64,000 nucleotides of DNA, from assembly GCA_050115495.1 (NCBI GenBank), contig JASFQK010000005.1, positions 96,001 to 160,000 of the forward strand. Reading direction: 5' to 3'. The notes under the pieces are model-generated. The model ran no database searches. It saw only the letters and a program-made list of their open reading frames with translations, and was not told where the DNA came from. Both the position numbers and the translations under genes were made by a program. Positions within the stretch are counted from its first letter, which is position 1. Each line of letters begins with the position of its first letter. This DNA comes from Phycisphaerae bacterium. Lineage in GTDB: Bacteria > Planctomycetota > Phycisphaerae > UBA1845 > Fen-1342. Below, piece after piece: positions 47,430 to 61,416 of this stretch.

Positions 47430-50036
47430 TCAGGGCGAAGGCTCGTCCGATATCTCCGCCGCAAGCTCCCGCGCGAGCCCCGCCCACTCCGATTCCGGGT
47501 GCGCGTCGACGTAGCCCTGCAACAGCGTTCGCGCCAGTTGCCCCTGTCCGTCCACCAGGCACAGCGTCCCCTGCACAATCGCCGACTCCGCCGGCAGCTT
47601 GTCTTGCTCGCCGAGCTTTCGCAACACGACCATCGCCCGCTCGAACGCCCGCGCGTCTCGTAGCGGCTCGCCTCGCCGTGCCCGGCGCACCCAGCCGACC
47701 GCGCCGGCGACGTCCCCCGCGCGCAGCGCGCGCAACGCCTGACTCAGACAGCCGAAGGCATTGTCCGGATCATTCTCCAGCAGCTCGTCGATCCACGCCG
47801 GCGCATCCTCTTCGCCGGCGCACGTGATCGCCCACACGCGGAACGAGCGGAGTTCCCGGCTGTCCGGACGCAGGCGCACGGCGTTGTCCCAGGCACGGGC
47901 CGCCGCCTCCCACTCGCCGAACTGCGTGCACAACGTCTGAAAGCCGCGCAGCGCCTCGTAGTACCAGTCGTACCGCTGATACACGGCGGGAAACGTTTGG
48001 ATCAGTGCCCCGTACAGGACCAGCGCATCGTCCCAATGCTCGCTGCGCAGGTGGTACTCAGCCAGCGCCAGGGCGGCCAGCGCATCGTTTGGGTTGTCGT
48101 CGAGAATCTGCGAGAGAATCGCGGCGCCGCGCCCGCCCTCGCCCACGCGGATCTCGCACAACGCCAGGCCGATGAAGGCCAATGGTGGTGCGTGGCCGGT
48201 CGCCACCGCCGCCTGGAACTTCGGCCAAGCTAGGTCCGGCCGCTTCATGTCGAACAGGTAGAGATAGCCGAAATCACAGAAGTGCGTCGCCTGCGTCAGC
48301 GGATCCTTCGGCAGCAGCTCTTCACAACGCGTGTAGGCCGCTACGGCGCCGTCCCAACGTTGCAGCCCGTGATACGCGTGCGCCAGACGCACCCACGTCA
48401 GGAATGCGTCCGGCTGCAACTCGCGGGCCAGCTCCGCCTGTTCCAGTGACGCGGCGAAGTCATGCGCATTCTTGAACATGAACGACAGCCGCCGGTGAAA
48501 CGGGGCCCGGTCCGCCGGCCCGGGGAAGTAGTGGGCCAGGTCTTTCGCGCCGGCCGCCGCCCGTAGCGACTTCAGGCAACGCTCGTTGAAGTAGTTGTAC
48601 TGGTTCCCGCCGGCGGGAATGCTCGCCACGTCGTCGGTCGGCAGGCGATGGTCCTTGGCGAACGAGTAGGACACCGCCTCGGCTTCCAGCGCCCGCGGGT
48701 CGCCGGGGTTCAGCCGGGCCACCTGCTCGCCGCGCTGCACCGTGCTACGGTAGAGGGATACTTGGGAGAGGTTGGCGACCATCAGCGCCGCCCCGACCAG
48801 CGCCGCCAACGCGAGGACCGGCCGCACCGCCAGCGCCTGCGCCGCCGGGGCCAACCGGGCCAGCCCACGCAGCACGATGACGCCCGCCACGAGCGCGGCG
48901 CCCATCAGCGGTTGGTACAGGTAGCGATCAGTCGCCGCCGCCTCGCGGGCACCCACCACGCCGATCAGCGGCAGCAGCAGCGCCCACCACCACGCCCAGC
49001 CGATGGTGACGATCCGCAACCCAGTCCGCTGCCAGGACCACCAGGCATGTGCCACTGTCGCCAGGCCGAGCGCCAGGCCCACCCACACCTGCCAGAACCC
49101 CCACCCGGTCCGCGGGTCGGGGAGCTGCCACCATGACACCCACCACGGACAAACGATGTCGCGGAAGTAGATCCACACGGCCAGCGCACTGCGGGCGATC
49201 GGATCGCCGAACAGCCCCTCCGCCGCATCCTGTACCAATCCCGCCCGCTGGCTCGTCCAGTACGTCACGATGGCGAAGGCGACACACACGATGCCGACCG
49301 CGTACACCCGCGGCCCGCGCCAGACGCTGCGCCAACCGCACAGGCCCGCCTCGACCACGGCCGCCAGCAGCACCCAGCCCACGACCGGCTTGCAGAGCAT
49401 CGCCACGACCAGCGCCACCAGCGCGACGACAAACAGGTACGCGCGCCCCCGCTCCAGGCTGCACACGTACAACCCCAGCGCCGTCAGGGTGAACGTCGCC
49501 GACAGCAGGTGCGTTCGTCCCATGTCGGCGGCGAACGTGGTCACCAGCGCCGGGTGCAGCGCCCACAGCAGGGCCAGCGCCCACGCCAACACCAGCGCCA
49601 CAGCACCGTACACCGGCCCTCGGCGCAGAAACAGCCACAACATCCACCACAGCAGCAGCGCATTGGCCACGTGCACCAGCACGTCCGTCCGCCGCACCGC
49701 CGCCACGTCTCCCCCCGACAAACGCCAGTCCGCCGCGTACGACAGAATCGGTAGCGGCTGATAGAGGTCCTCCACGGGCGGGAAACGGAAGATCAGCGCG
49801 AGCCGAGGCAGGAGACCGTCGGGGTCGAGACCCGCGCCGTTAACCTCGGGGTTACGGGCGATGAAGATGTACTCATCGCCGAGGATCCAGGGGGAATCGA
49901 GCCCGGGCAGCCCGCTGAGCCCCACCAGTATGACCAGCAGGGCGGCCAGCCCCCACGGCAACCAGACAGGCGAGCGCGCTCCCGCGGGTGGCGCGGTGCT
50001 GGCAACGTCCTCGCGCTGCGGTGTATCAGCCGGCAT
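47430..50036 (-). CDS. TMTC-like GT-C membrane protein with C-terminal TPRs
   Basis: LGDEYIFIARNP, YQPLPILSY, HVANALL, ALHP, LCKP, ATDRYLYQP, followed by TPR helices. Confidence 0.78.
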   Translation of the reverse strand: MPADTPQREDVASTAPPAGARSPVWLPWGLAALLVILVGLSGLPGLDSPWILGDEYIFIARNPEVNGAGLDPDGLLPRLALIFRFPPVEDLYQPLPILSYAADWRLSGGDVAAVRRTDVLVHVANALLLWWMLWLFLRRGPVYGAVALVLAWALALLWALHPALVTTFAADMGRTHLLSATFTLTALGLYVCSLERGRAYLFVVALVALVVAMLCKPVVGWVLLAAVVEAGLCGWRSVWRGPRVYAVGIVCVAFAIVTYWTSQRAGLVQDAAEGLFGDPIARSALAVWIYFRDIVCPWWVSWWQLPDPRTGWGFWQVWVGLALGLATVAHAWWSWQRTGLRIVTIGWAWWWALLLPLIGVVGAREAAATDRYLYQPLMGAALVAGVIVLRGLARLAPAAQALAVRPVLALAALVGAALMVANLSQVSLYRSTVQRGEQVARLNPGDPRALEAEAVSYSFAKDHRLPTDDVASIPAGGNQYNYFNERCLKSLRAAAGAKDLAHYFPGPADRAPFHRRLSFMFKNAHDFAASLEQAELARELQPDAFLTWVRLAHAYHGLQRWDGAVAAYTRCEELLPKDPLTQATHFCDFGYLYLFDMKRPDLAWPKFQAAVATGHAPPLAFIGLALCEIRVGEGGRGAAILSQILDDNPNDALAALALAEYHLRSEHWDDALVLYGALIQTFPAVYQRYDWYYEALRGFQTLCTQFGEWEAAARAWDNAVRLRPDSRELRSFRVWAITCAGEEDAPAWIDELLENDPDNAFGCLSQALRALRAGDVAGAVGWVRRARRGEPLRDARAFERAMVVLRKLGEQDKLPAESAIVQGTLCLVDGQGQLARTLLQGYVDAHPESEWAGLARELAAEISDEPSP

Positions 50037-50170
50037 GCGTGCTTTATCGCCGGCCGGCCGCCGGGCTGCAAGAGAGCCACGCGCGCAACCTTCTCGCCGA
50101 CGCACCGGCCCCGCGTGCGGCGACCGGCGCGCAACGCGTTATCGAGAAAACGCTTACCAGACGTTAACGC

Positions 50171-50199
50171 TTGAGTCCCTCCCCGGCGCAGGTTAGAAT
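50171..50199 (+). promoter_or_regulatory. Sigma70-type promoter for the HNH gene
   Basis: TTGAGT-N17-TAGAAT. Confidence 0.55.
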
Positions 50200-50231
50200 C
50201 GCATAGAACATCGTCTAGCAAGGAGCGCGTC

Positions 50232-50861
50232 TTGCAAGCGCAACCGGCCGTACTATCTACGAACGTGCTGTTGCTCAACCGCCTCTACCTGGCGGTGCGG
50301 GTCATCAGCGCGCGCCGGGCGCTCACCTTGCTCTACAGCGAACTGGCCGAGGTCGTGCACGTCGAAGACGGCCAATTCCTCGCGTATGACTTCGATTCCT
50401 GGGTGGAGGTCAGCGAGGCCAAGCGTCGCTTCGAGCCGGAGCAGCATGACTGGATCCGCACGGTCCGCTTTCACATCGCCGTGCCCAAGATCATTCGGCT
50501 CCTCGTGTACGATCGCCTGCCGCGAACGTCCGTGAAGCTCAACCGCCGCAACCTCTTCGCCCGCGACCAGTGCCACTGCCAGTACTGCGGCCAGCGCTTC
50601 CCCACGTCCGAACTCAGCCTCGACCACGTGATCCCCCGCTCGCAGGGCGGCGTGAACTCGTGGGAGAACATCGTCTGCGCCTGCGTCCGCTGCAATGTGA
50701 AGAAGGGCGGCCGCACGCCCGCTCAGGCCGGCATGCGCCTGATCACCCCCCCCCGGCGGCCACGCCGGTCCCCCGTCCTCACCATCAAGCTGTCCGACTC
50801 CCGCTACGCCAGTTGGCGCCAGTTCCTCGACTTCGCTTACTGGGACGTCGAACTCAAGTAA
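50232..50861 (+). CDS. HNH endonuclease (McrA-like)
   Basis: VLLLN, PKIIRL, RRNLFARD, CQYCG, LDHVIPRSQGG, WENIVCACVRCNVKKG. Confidence 0.92.
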   Translation: MQAQPAVLSTNVLLLNRLYLAVRVISARRALTLLYSELAEVVHVEDGQFLAYDFDSWVEVSEAKRRFEPEQHDWIRTVRFHIAVPKIIRLLVYDRLPRTSVKLNRRNLFARDQCHCQYCGQRFPTSELSLDHVIPRSQGGVNSWENIVCACVRCNVKKGGRTPAQAGMRLITPPRRPRRSPVLTIKLSDSRYASWRQFLDFAYWDVELK

Positions 50862-50960
50862 GTCCGGTTGACAGCCTAAAGTCGCGCAGTTTATCGTCCG
50901 ATATCACGAGCGTTGTTGACGCAATGGTGGGGTGAGGCCACGAGCCGCAGGATTGGGATT

Positions 50961-51299
50961 ATGCCATTCGAGCACTGGTCAGAATCAGTACTGCTTGCCG
51001 AGTTGGCGGACGACCCGCAGTTCACCGACGACTTGACCGCGATCATCGAGCAATGCAGCGAGAATACCCGTCTCGACGTCTTGCTCAACTTCGCCGCCGT
51101 GAACTACCTCAACTCGTCGAATATCGCCAAGCTCCTCAAGCTGCGCAAGTTGGTCACCGTGACCAACCAGCGCAAGCTCAAGCTCTGCGGCATCAGCACG
51201 CAGGTGTGGGGCGTGTTCCTCGTTACCGGACTCGACCACATCTTCGATTTCGTCGACGACGTGCCCAGCGGCCTGGCCACGCTCCAGATCGAGCGGTAG
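50961..51299 (+). CDS. STAS domain (anti-sigma factor antagonist) protein
   Basis: LLNFAAVNYLNSSNIAKLL, LKLCG, VFLVTGLD. Confidence 0.88.
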   Translation: MPFEHWSESVLLAELADDPQFTDDLTAIIEQCSENTRLDVLLNFAAVNYLNSSNIAKLLKLRKLVTVTNQRKLKLCGISTQVWGVFLVTGLDHIFDFVDDVPSGLATLQIER

Positions 51300-51308
51300 G
51301 CCGGCCAC

Positions 51309-51689
51309 CTACGCCCCCAGCTCCTCCGGCGTCTCTCCGACATCGAGGATGCTGCACGCCAGGATTGGCTCCAATCCAAGCTCCTGGGCGCGGGTCACGA
51401 GTTCCTCACTCTCCGCCCCCGGATTGACGAACAGCTCCGCCGGTCGCAGTTTGGCCAGCACCGGCAGCAGCTTCAACCCCACCGGCGGCGGGACGTACAG
51501 CGAAACCCGGTCCAGCGGCACGGGGATCTCTTCGAGTGACCGCCAGACCTTCAGCCCCTCCACCTCGCCGCCGCGCGGATTGACCGGGTAGACAGTCCAA
51601 CCCTGGCGTACGTGCGCCCTCACGGACCTGTTTCCGTACTTGGCCCGGTCCGCCGAAGCGCCGACGATGGCCACGGTCTTCTGGTGCAT
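51309..51689 (-). CDS. CoA-binding protein
   Basis: VAIVGASADRAKYGN, VYPVNP, NPGAES, ACS. Confidence 0.9.
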   Translation of the reverse strand: MHQKTVAIVGASADRAKYGNRSVRAHVRQGWTVYPVNPRGGEVEGLKVWRSLEEIPVPLDRVSLYVPPPVGLKLLPVLAKLRPAELFVNPGAESEELVTRAQELGLEPILACSILDVGETPEELGA

Positions 51690-52036
51690 CACGATTCTCC
51701 GTTTCCCCTGGGCGGAGGAGCGTCGCTCTCCGTGTACCGCGGGGACACCGCTGTGTAGGGCCTTCCCAGCAGCCGCTTCACGAGGATCCACTCCCCGACG
51801 TCGTTGCCCTCAATCCAATGTCCGATAATTTGCAGGATATAACCAACGAGAACGAGTCCGGCCGGTCGCCACCAGAGAGCCCACCGCCACTGGCAGAGCT
51901 GCACGACCGCCAGCAGCACTCCGCCGACGGCCAGCGGAATCCCTACCAGATGCAAATAGAATGAGACAGGGTGTTGATGGCGTTCGAGCCAGTTCCGCAA
52001 CCAGACGGGCCGCCCACGTTCCACGATCGGGATCAT
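51689..52036 (-). CDS. DUF962/Mpo1-like membrane protein
   Basis: HQHPVSFYLHLVGIP, GYILQIIGHWIEGN. Confidence 0.82.
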   Translation of the reverse strand: MIPIVERGRPVWLRNWLERHQHPVSFYLHLVGIPLAVGGVLLAVVQLCQWRWALWWRPAGLVLVGYILQIIGHWIEGNDVGEWILVKRLLGRPYTAVSPRYTESDAPPPRGNGES

Positions 52037-52126
52037 AACCGTCGTCGCTCGGGCGGCAAGACACGCCCCCAGCGGTCGCGGTTCCAGCAATTGTCGCCAT
52101 CGTCCGATAGAGTATGCACGGAGACC

Positions 52127-52768
52127 ATGATGATTGTGACCCTCGACGGACAACGGCTCGAGACACCCTTCGAACCCGGCTGCACGCTCGGTACGGTCGT
52201 CGACCAGGTGCGCGACGAGCACCTCGGTGATCGCCTTGTCGTGGGTGTGGCACTCAATGGCCAGACGATGGTCCACGATGATCTCGAGATCAATCTGGAT
52301 CGGGCCCTCAAAGGCGACGACCAGGTCGACCTCGAGTCCGCGGACCGCAACGCCGTCGCCGTGGATGCCCTGCGGGCGATCAGCGAGCAGCTCGGCAGCG
52401 CGGCTCGCCTGCAACCGCTCGTCGCCGACCAGCTCGTCGGCCCGGGCGCTGGCGAGGCTATTCGCCAGGTCGGCGATGTCGTCGAGGTCTGGAACACTTG
52501 CACACAGGCGATCGCCCAGTGCAGTGGTCTGCTCGGCCGCGACCTGACACAGGTCGTTTATCAGGACCGGCCCATGCGCGAGCGGCTGGACGACCTCCTG
52601 ACGAAGTTGCAGGAATTGCGAACCGCGCTCGAGGCCCGGGACTACGTTCTGCTCGCCGACTTGCTCCACTACGAGATGCCGGAAACCTGCCAGGCTTGGC
52701 AGGGTCTCCTCGCCGAGCTCGCCGCCGACATCCAGCGGTCCGCGCAAGCCGCCGGCTCGGGGCACTGA
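52127..52768 (+). CDS. Hypothetical protein (ubiquitin-like N-terminus + helical C-terminus)
   Basis: GGAG RBS. C-terminal ALEARDYVLLADLLHYE is, from recall, reminiscent of proteins found near flagellar loci. Confidence 0.65.
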   Translation: MMIVTLDGQRLETPFEPGCTLGTVVDQVRDEHLGDRLVVGVALNGQTMVHDDLEINLDRALKGDDQVDLESADRNAVAVDALRAISEQLGSAARLQPLVADQLVGPGAGEAIRQVGDVVEVWNTCTQAIAQCSGLLGRDLTQVVYQDRPMRERLDDLLTKLQELRTALEARDYVLLADLLHYEMPETCQAWQGLLAELAADIQRSAQAAGSGH

Positions 52769-52995
52769 TTTAGAGCGCGTCTCGCCTTCGCCGTCCGAGA
52801 ACCCCTCCGCAACCGCACTTCAGATGTGTGCGTGCCGTAATCCGGCATGTCCACGCGCGCTTCAGATTTCTGGAATTTCGGGGTGACGAACGTCGGATGG
52901 CCGGGGGTCCCGCCGGCTTGACCTCGCCCTGTTTTACGTCCGAATAACTGACCGAAACCGGTTCGTGGGGCGGAAATGGCCGGTTGATTCTTCTC

Positions 52996-53025
52996 TTGAC
53001 CCTGTACAGGCAGATGGAGTATATT
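52996..53025 (+). promoter_or_regulatory. Possible sigma70 promoter for the surface-protein operon
   Basis: TTGACC-N18-TATATT. Confidence 0.4.
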
Positions 53026-53589
53026 CGCACGTGGGGATGGAGGTAGAGGCGGCAGGAGGCTGAAGCTGGGGATCTCTTGCCTCTGGCTCTGCAGGACGGC
53101 GTAGCAGTGTAGGGAGACCGCTGCGTTCCTGCTCACCCGTTGCGGCGGGTGTCCCGGGTAGAGGTCGCGCGAGCGGCTGAACGAAGGGAAGGAGCATGGG
53201 TAGTATGGAGGAGTGTTGTGGTCACAGGCGCGCATTGCGCGCCGTCGGTTCTTCCGGTGCGCCAGGATTGCCTGGTCGCCGACACTTCCTCCGCGAGTCC
53301 TTTCTGCGATACGACAAGTCAGATTTTCTCGGTCTGTTCCAGGGAGTTGCCCGGCGCGTCGTCACAGCGTGGTCGCGGGCATCGGTTAATTTGCGTGTGC
53401 GTGAGACCGCCCGCCGGTATGGGTGCAACGGCAGACGGCTTTCACGTACCTGAATCTTCTGGCATTCGAGAAGGGAGGTTAGGAAAAAGGTCCAGTTTGG
53501 CTTCCAGGTCCCAGAGTCTTCTTAACTAGGTCTGGCCCTTGCCTGATGTGAGGGCCGAGAAGCAACCTGCAATGGAGGAGGTCACAAGA

Positions 53590-57609
<4,020 letters not shown>

Positions 57610-57626
57610 GTGACTGACGTGGCGTC

Positions 57627-57659
57627 GGGAACCCGCCGGTCCTCCGCCGGCGGGTTCCC
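57627..57659. other. Perfect 13-bp intergenic hairpin without U-tract
   Basis: GGGAACCCGCCGG-tcctccg-CCGGCGGGTTCCC. Confidence 0.75.
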
Positions 57660-57754
57660 CCGCCCGCCTTGCACAGAGGACTTTTCGAGAAAGCGCATTA
57701 CCACGATGTAGTGCTGTAGCTGATAACCCTTTCCAAGTGGAGGAGGATTAAGGA

Positions 57755-58300
57755 ATGTCGAAACTCTGTAGACTGGCTTGTGTGATTCTCGCGGCAGGCC
57801 TCGTGGCCAGCGCGAGTGCCGCCATCGACGTCAGCTTCGTGCCGGCGAGCACGGAAATCACCACCCTGGGTGGTACGGCTGCCGTGGACATCTACGCGGA
57901 CATCCCCGAGGCCGAGGCCATTGTCGGCTGGGGCCTGGATGTTCTCATCGACAACACCGGCATCGCCGACATGACCGGCGTGGCCATTGGTCCGCTCTTT
58001 GACGCGGCGCTCCAGAACCCCGACGGCGACGGCCTCGCCGGCCTCGTGCCGATGGCCGGGAACGTCTGGGGCACGGACATCCTGCTGGCCACCGTCACGT
58101 TCACCGGTTATAGCGCTGGCACGACCGGCACCGGTCTCGGCGACACCATCGGCGACAACACCGAAGGTTTCGCGATCGATCCGGACCTCGGTGGTGGCTT
58201 TGCGACCGCCGTGTACGGCACCGGTTCCATCACCGTCATTCCCGAGCCGATGACTCTGTCGCTGCTCGGTCTGGCGCTGCTCGCGATCCGTCGCCGCTAG
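57755..58300 (+). CDS. PEP-CTERM protein with cohesin-like beta-sandwich
   Basis: Signal peptide and C-terminal VIPEPMTLSLLGLALLAIRRR. Core VDIYAD..IVGWGLDV..ILLATVTFTGYSAGTT resembles cohesin. GGAGGAGG RBS. Confidence 0.85.
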   Translation: MSKLCRLACVILAAGLVASASAAIDVSFVPASTEITTLGGTAAVDIYADIPEAEAIVGWGLDVLIDNTGIADMTGVAIGPLFDAALQNPDGDGLAGLVPMAGNVWGTDILLATVTFTGYSAGTTGTGLGDTIGDNTEGFAIDPDLGGGFATAVYGTGSITVIPEPMTLSLLGLALLAIRRR

Positions 58301-58336
58301 GCGAGAATCGTAGTCTCAGACATGATCCTTAACCGG

Positions 58337-58378
58337 AGAGGGTCGTCTTCCTGCGGGAAGGCGGCCCTCTTCGTTTGT
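58337..58378 (+). terminator. Intrinsic terminator after the PEP-CTERM gene
   Basis: AGAGGGTCGTCTTCC-tgcg-GGAAGGCGGCCCTCT then TCGTTTGT. Confidence 0.7.
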
Positions 58379-58419
58379 CCCCCACGTCTGCCGGGCGTGA
58401 CGCCCGATCTGCGGTCCCC

Positions 58420-59124
58420 CTACATCTCCTGCTCCGGCGCCGGCAGACGCCGCTTCAACTCCGCCACCGCCTCGCGCAGCTCAGCCATCTCGGCGTGCAG
58501 GTCGTCAAGCTGCCGCTGGAACCCCTCGCCCCCCAGCCGTTCCTCCGCCTCGTCGTCCGCCGCTGGTGCCGACGCTGCGGGCGCCGGCGCTGCCACTGGC
58601 GTTGCCGTCGCCGCCGGCTGTTCGGCGACCGGGCACAGCAGGTGGGCATAGCGGGTGGCCGACTGCCCGGGGGCGGGCGCCACCACGGTCACCATCGGCG
58701 GGTCGGACTGCGCCAGGCTGTCGAGCACGGCGCTGACCGCGGCGGGGTTCTCGAACGGGTACATCCGCGCGGCGTGTGAGCGCAGCTCGCCGACCGTCTG
58801 CGGCCCGCGCAGCAGCAGCTCGGCCATGACGGCCCGCTGCGGCTTCTCCCAGGCGAGGACCTGCTTCACCTCGTGCCGGAAGCGGTCGACCCGGCTGCCG
58901 CCGCCGGGCAGGAGCCGTGAGACGAGCCCCATCTGCTTGAGGGCGTCGAGGGCAGCCCAGACACGGTCTTCGTTAAGGTCCATGACCGGCTGGCGGTTGG
59001 ACTTCTGGTTGCACGCCGTCACGACGGCGTTGAGCGTCATCGGGTAGTAGCTGGGTTGGGCGAGTGATTTCTCGAGCAGCACCCCGAGCACGCGCCGCTC
59101 GACCTCATGTAGCACGGTGGACAC
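58420..59124 (-). CDS. DUF480/YceH family protein
   Basis: RVLGVLLEK, YPMTLNA..ACNQKSNR.PVM, LLLRGPQTVGELR, RYAHLL. Confidence 0.9.
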   Translation of the reverse strand: MSTVLHEVERRVLGVLLEKSLAQPSYYPMTLNAVVTACNQKSNRQPVMDLNEDRVWAALDALKQMGLVSRLLPGGGSRVDRFRHEVKQVLAWEKPQRAVMAELLLRGPQTVGELRSHAARMYPFENPAAVSAVLDSLAQSDPPMVTVVAPAPGQSATRYAHLLCPVAEQPAATATPVAAPAPAASAPAADDEAEERLGGEGFQRQLDDLHAEMAELREAVAELKRRLPAPEQEM

Positions 59125-59181
59125 GGATCAGGACCCTCCGCTACGGAACCGGTCAACGCCGGCGCCGACCGCGACTCTCCG

Positions 59182-59391
59182 TCAGGGACCGTCGCCCGTC
59201 ACCCCGTTGTCAGCTTCGTTCTGGGCGAGCGTGTCTTCGAGCCGGTCCACAACGATCGGCGTCAGCGCACTGAAGAAGCCGTCGATCAGGGCGTCTTCGG
59301 TGAGCTGCACGCAGGGGCCGGTGCCCAGCAGCGGCATCGCGAGCGCCGCGGCTAGGGCGACACGCAACAGGCGGGACGGGTTTCGTCGCAT
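59182..59391 (-). CDS. Small exported/lipoprotein-like hypothetical protein (69 aa)
   Basis: GAGG RBS; MRRNPSRLLRVALAAALAMPLLGTGPC... Confidence 0.55.
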   Translation of the reverse strand: MRRNPSRLLRVALAAALAMPLLGTGPCVQLTEDALIDGFFSALTPIVVDRLEDTLAQNEADNGVTGDGP

Positions 59392-59590
59392 GATATACCT
59401 CTTCGCCGGCCAGCGGGACCGAAACCGGATCGCGCCGCCGGCGGCGGACATTCTACCTCGCCCGTGTCCACGGCGCAATGGCTCGCTGAGCGGTGTGGTC
59501 GCGGGCGGACCCCGTCGGCGGCCAGAAGTCGTTGCGACCGCCCCGCCCGGGGGTTACGCTGATGTCCGGCCGCGCGTCGCGCTGGCCACC

Positions 59591-59664
<74 letters not shown>

Positions 59665-59880
59665 TTCGACACGTCTCTCTCGCGCCGCCGCGTGAAGGAA
59701 TGCCCGACTTGGTCCGGGCCGTGTACGATACCAACAAGTGAGGTCTCGGTGTTGGCTCTTCATTGAGCCGGCCGCGGGCCGAATGGCCGCCGGACCTCTT
59801 GATTGTGCGCTGGCGGGGACGGAGGGGGCGGTCTTTGGACGACATCGATGAAGATCAGCATGCGCTCCTCCCCAATGTGT

Positions 59881-61416
59881 CTACCCCCGCGCCGTCGCCA
59901 GGAGATCCTTGTCCTCACGCAGCAGGCGCACGGCCGTGGCGATGTCGGCGCCGAAATGGCGGTCGGCTTCGGCGTGGGGGATGTGCCGGCGGATGAGCTC
60001 GTGGGCGGCCGCCGGTCCGCGGCCGGGTCGCAGCGGCGTGCGGAAGTCGATCGCCTGGGCGGCGCAGGTCATCTCGATGGCCAGCACCGTCTCGGCACGG
60101 TCGAGCACCTCGAAGCACTTCACGGCCGCCGTCGCCCCCATGCTCACGTGATCCTCCTGCCCGAGCGACGTCGGGATCGAGTCGACCGACGCCGGCGTCG
60201 ACAGCACCTTCGCCTCGTTCAGCAGCGCCGCCGACGTGTACTGCGGAATCATGAAGCCGCTGTTGAGCCCCGTGTCCTGCATCAGCAGCTTGGGCAAACC
60301 GTCCTCGCCGGAGAGCAACTGGTACGTCCGCCGCTCGGAGATGTTGGCCAGGTCGGTCAGGGCGATAGCCAGGTAGTCGAGCACCAGGGCGAGCGGGGCA
60401 CCGTGGAAGTTGCCGCCGCTGATGGCCTCGCCTTCGAACAGCACGGGGTTGTCGGTGACGCTGTTGATCTCGCGGACGATGACGTCGCAGAAATGGGCCA
60501 GCGCATCGCGAAACGCGCCGTGCACTTGCGGCACACAGCGCAGCGAGTACGGGTCCTGCACGCGCGGACAGCTCTCGTGCGACGCGAGAATCTCGCTGCC
60601 GGACATGTGCCGGCGGACATTGGCCGCGACCCGTTGCGCCCCGGGATGCGGGCGGAGGGTGTGCAGCCGTTCGTCCATCGGCCGCACGCTGCCGCGGAAA
60701 CCCTCCAGGCTCATGCAGGCAATCAGATCGGCCAGGTCGGCCAGCCGGCGGGCCCGGACGGCGATGTTCGCCGAGTACGCCGACATGAACTGCGTACCGT
60801 TGACGAGGGCCAGCCCTTCCTTCGCCGCCAGGCGCAGCGGTTCGAGGGCGACCGCGGCAAGCAACTCACTCGCCGGCCGCGTCTGCCGGCCGCCGGCAGA
60901 TCGCGAACCGTGCGGCGCAGTCATCTCGCCCCGCCCGGTCAGGGCCAGCACCAGATGTGCAAGCGGGGCTAGGTCGCCGCTCGCGCCCAGCGAGCCGCGC
61001 GTCGGCACGACCGGCAGCATGTCCGCGTTCAGACACACCTGGAGCGCGTGCACCACATCACGCCGCACACCGCTATGCCCTTCGAGCAGCATGTGCAGCT
61101 TGAACAGCATCATCCAGCGGACGATCTCCGGCGGCGCCGCCGGCCCGACGCCGACGGCGTGCGACAGGATCAGGTTCTCCTGGAGCTTGTCGAGCTGCTC
61201 GGGCGAGATGCGCTTGTTCTTCAGGTGGCCGAAGCCGGTGTTGATCCCGTAGACCGCGTCACCACGCTGGGCGAGCTCGGTCACCCACTCCCGCCCCCGC
61301 TCGACGCGTTCCATTGCCGCCGGCTGGACCTTCACGCGCAGTGGCAGACCGTACGCCTCATCCAGCAGCGGCAACGTCAGCAGGTTCTCGCCCAGGGTCA
61401 ACGCACATTCCGTCAT
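59881..61416 (-). CDS. hutH: Histidine ammonia-lyase
   Basis: VYGINTGFG, LILSHAVG, GASGDLAPL (MIO), KEGLALVNGTQ, QDPYSLRC, GGNFHG, QEDHVSMG. Start at 61416. Confidence 0.95.
   Translation of the reverse strand: MTECALTLGENLLTLPLLDEAYGLPLRVKVQPAAMERVERGREWVTELAQRGDAVYGINTGFGHLKNKRISPEQLDKLQENLILSHAVGVGPAAPPEIVRWMMLFKLHMLLEGHSGVRRDVVHALQVCLNADMLPVVPTRGSLGASGDLAPLAHLVLALTGRGEMTAPHGSRSAGGRQTRPASELLAAVALEPLRLAAKEGLALVNGTQFMSAYSANIAVRARRLADLADLIACMSLEGFRGSVRPMDERLHTLRPHPGAQRVAANVRRHMSGSEILASHESCPRVQDPYSLRCVPQVHGAFRDALAHFCDVIVREINSVTDNPVLFEGEAISGGNFHGAPLALVLDYLAIALTDLANISERRTYQLLSGEDGLPKLLMQDTGLNSGFMIPQYTSAALLNEAKVLSTPASVDSIPTSLGQEDHVSMGATAAVKCFEVLDRAETVLAIEMTCAAQAIDFRTPLRPGRGPAAAHELIRRHIPHAEADRHFGADIATAVRLLREDKDLLATARG

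Noticed and set aside
50232..50861. HNH as a defence system or homing element
   Set aside because: A common stand-alone McrA-like type with no methylase, cas genes, array or intron context.
53040..53220. Lysine riboswitch-like GGTAGAGG starts
   Set aside because: The remaining conserved elements are absent and the downstream gene is unrelated.
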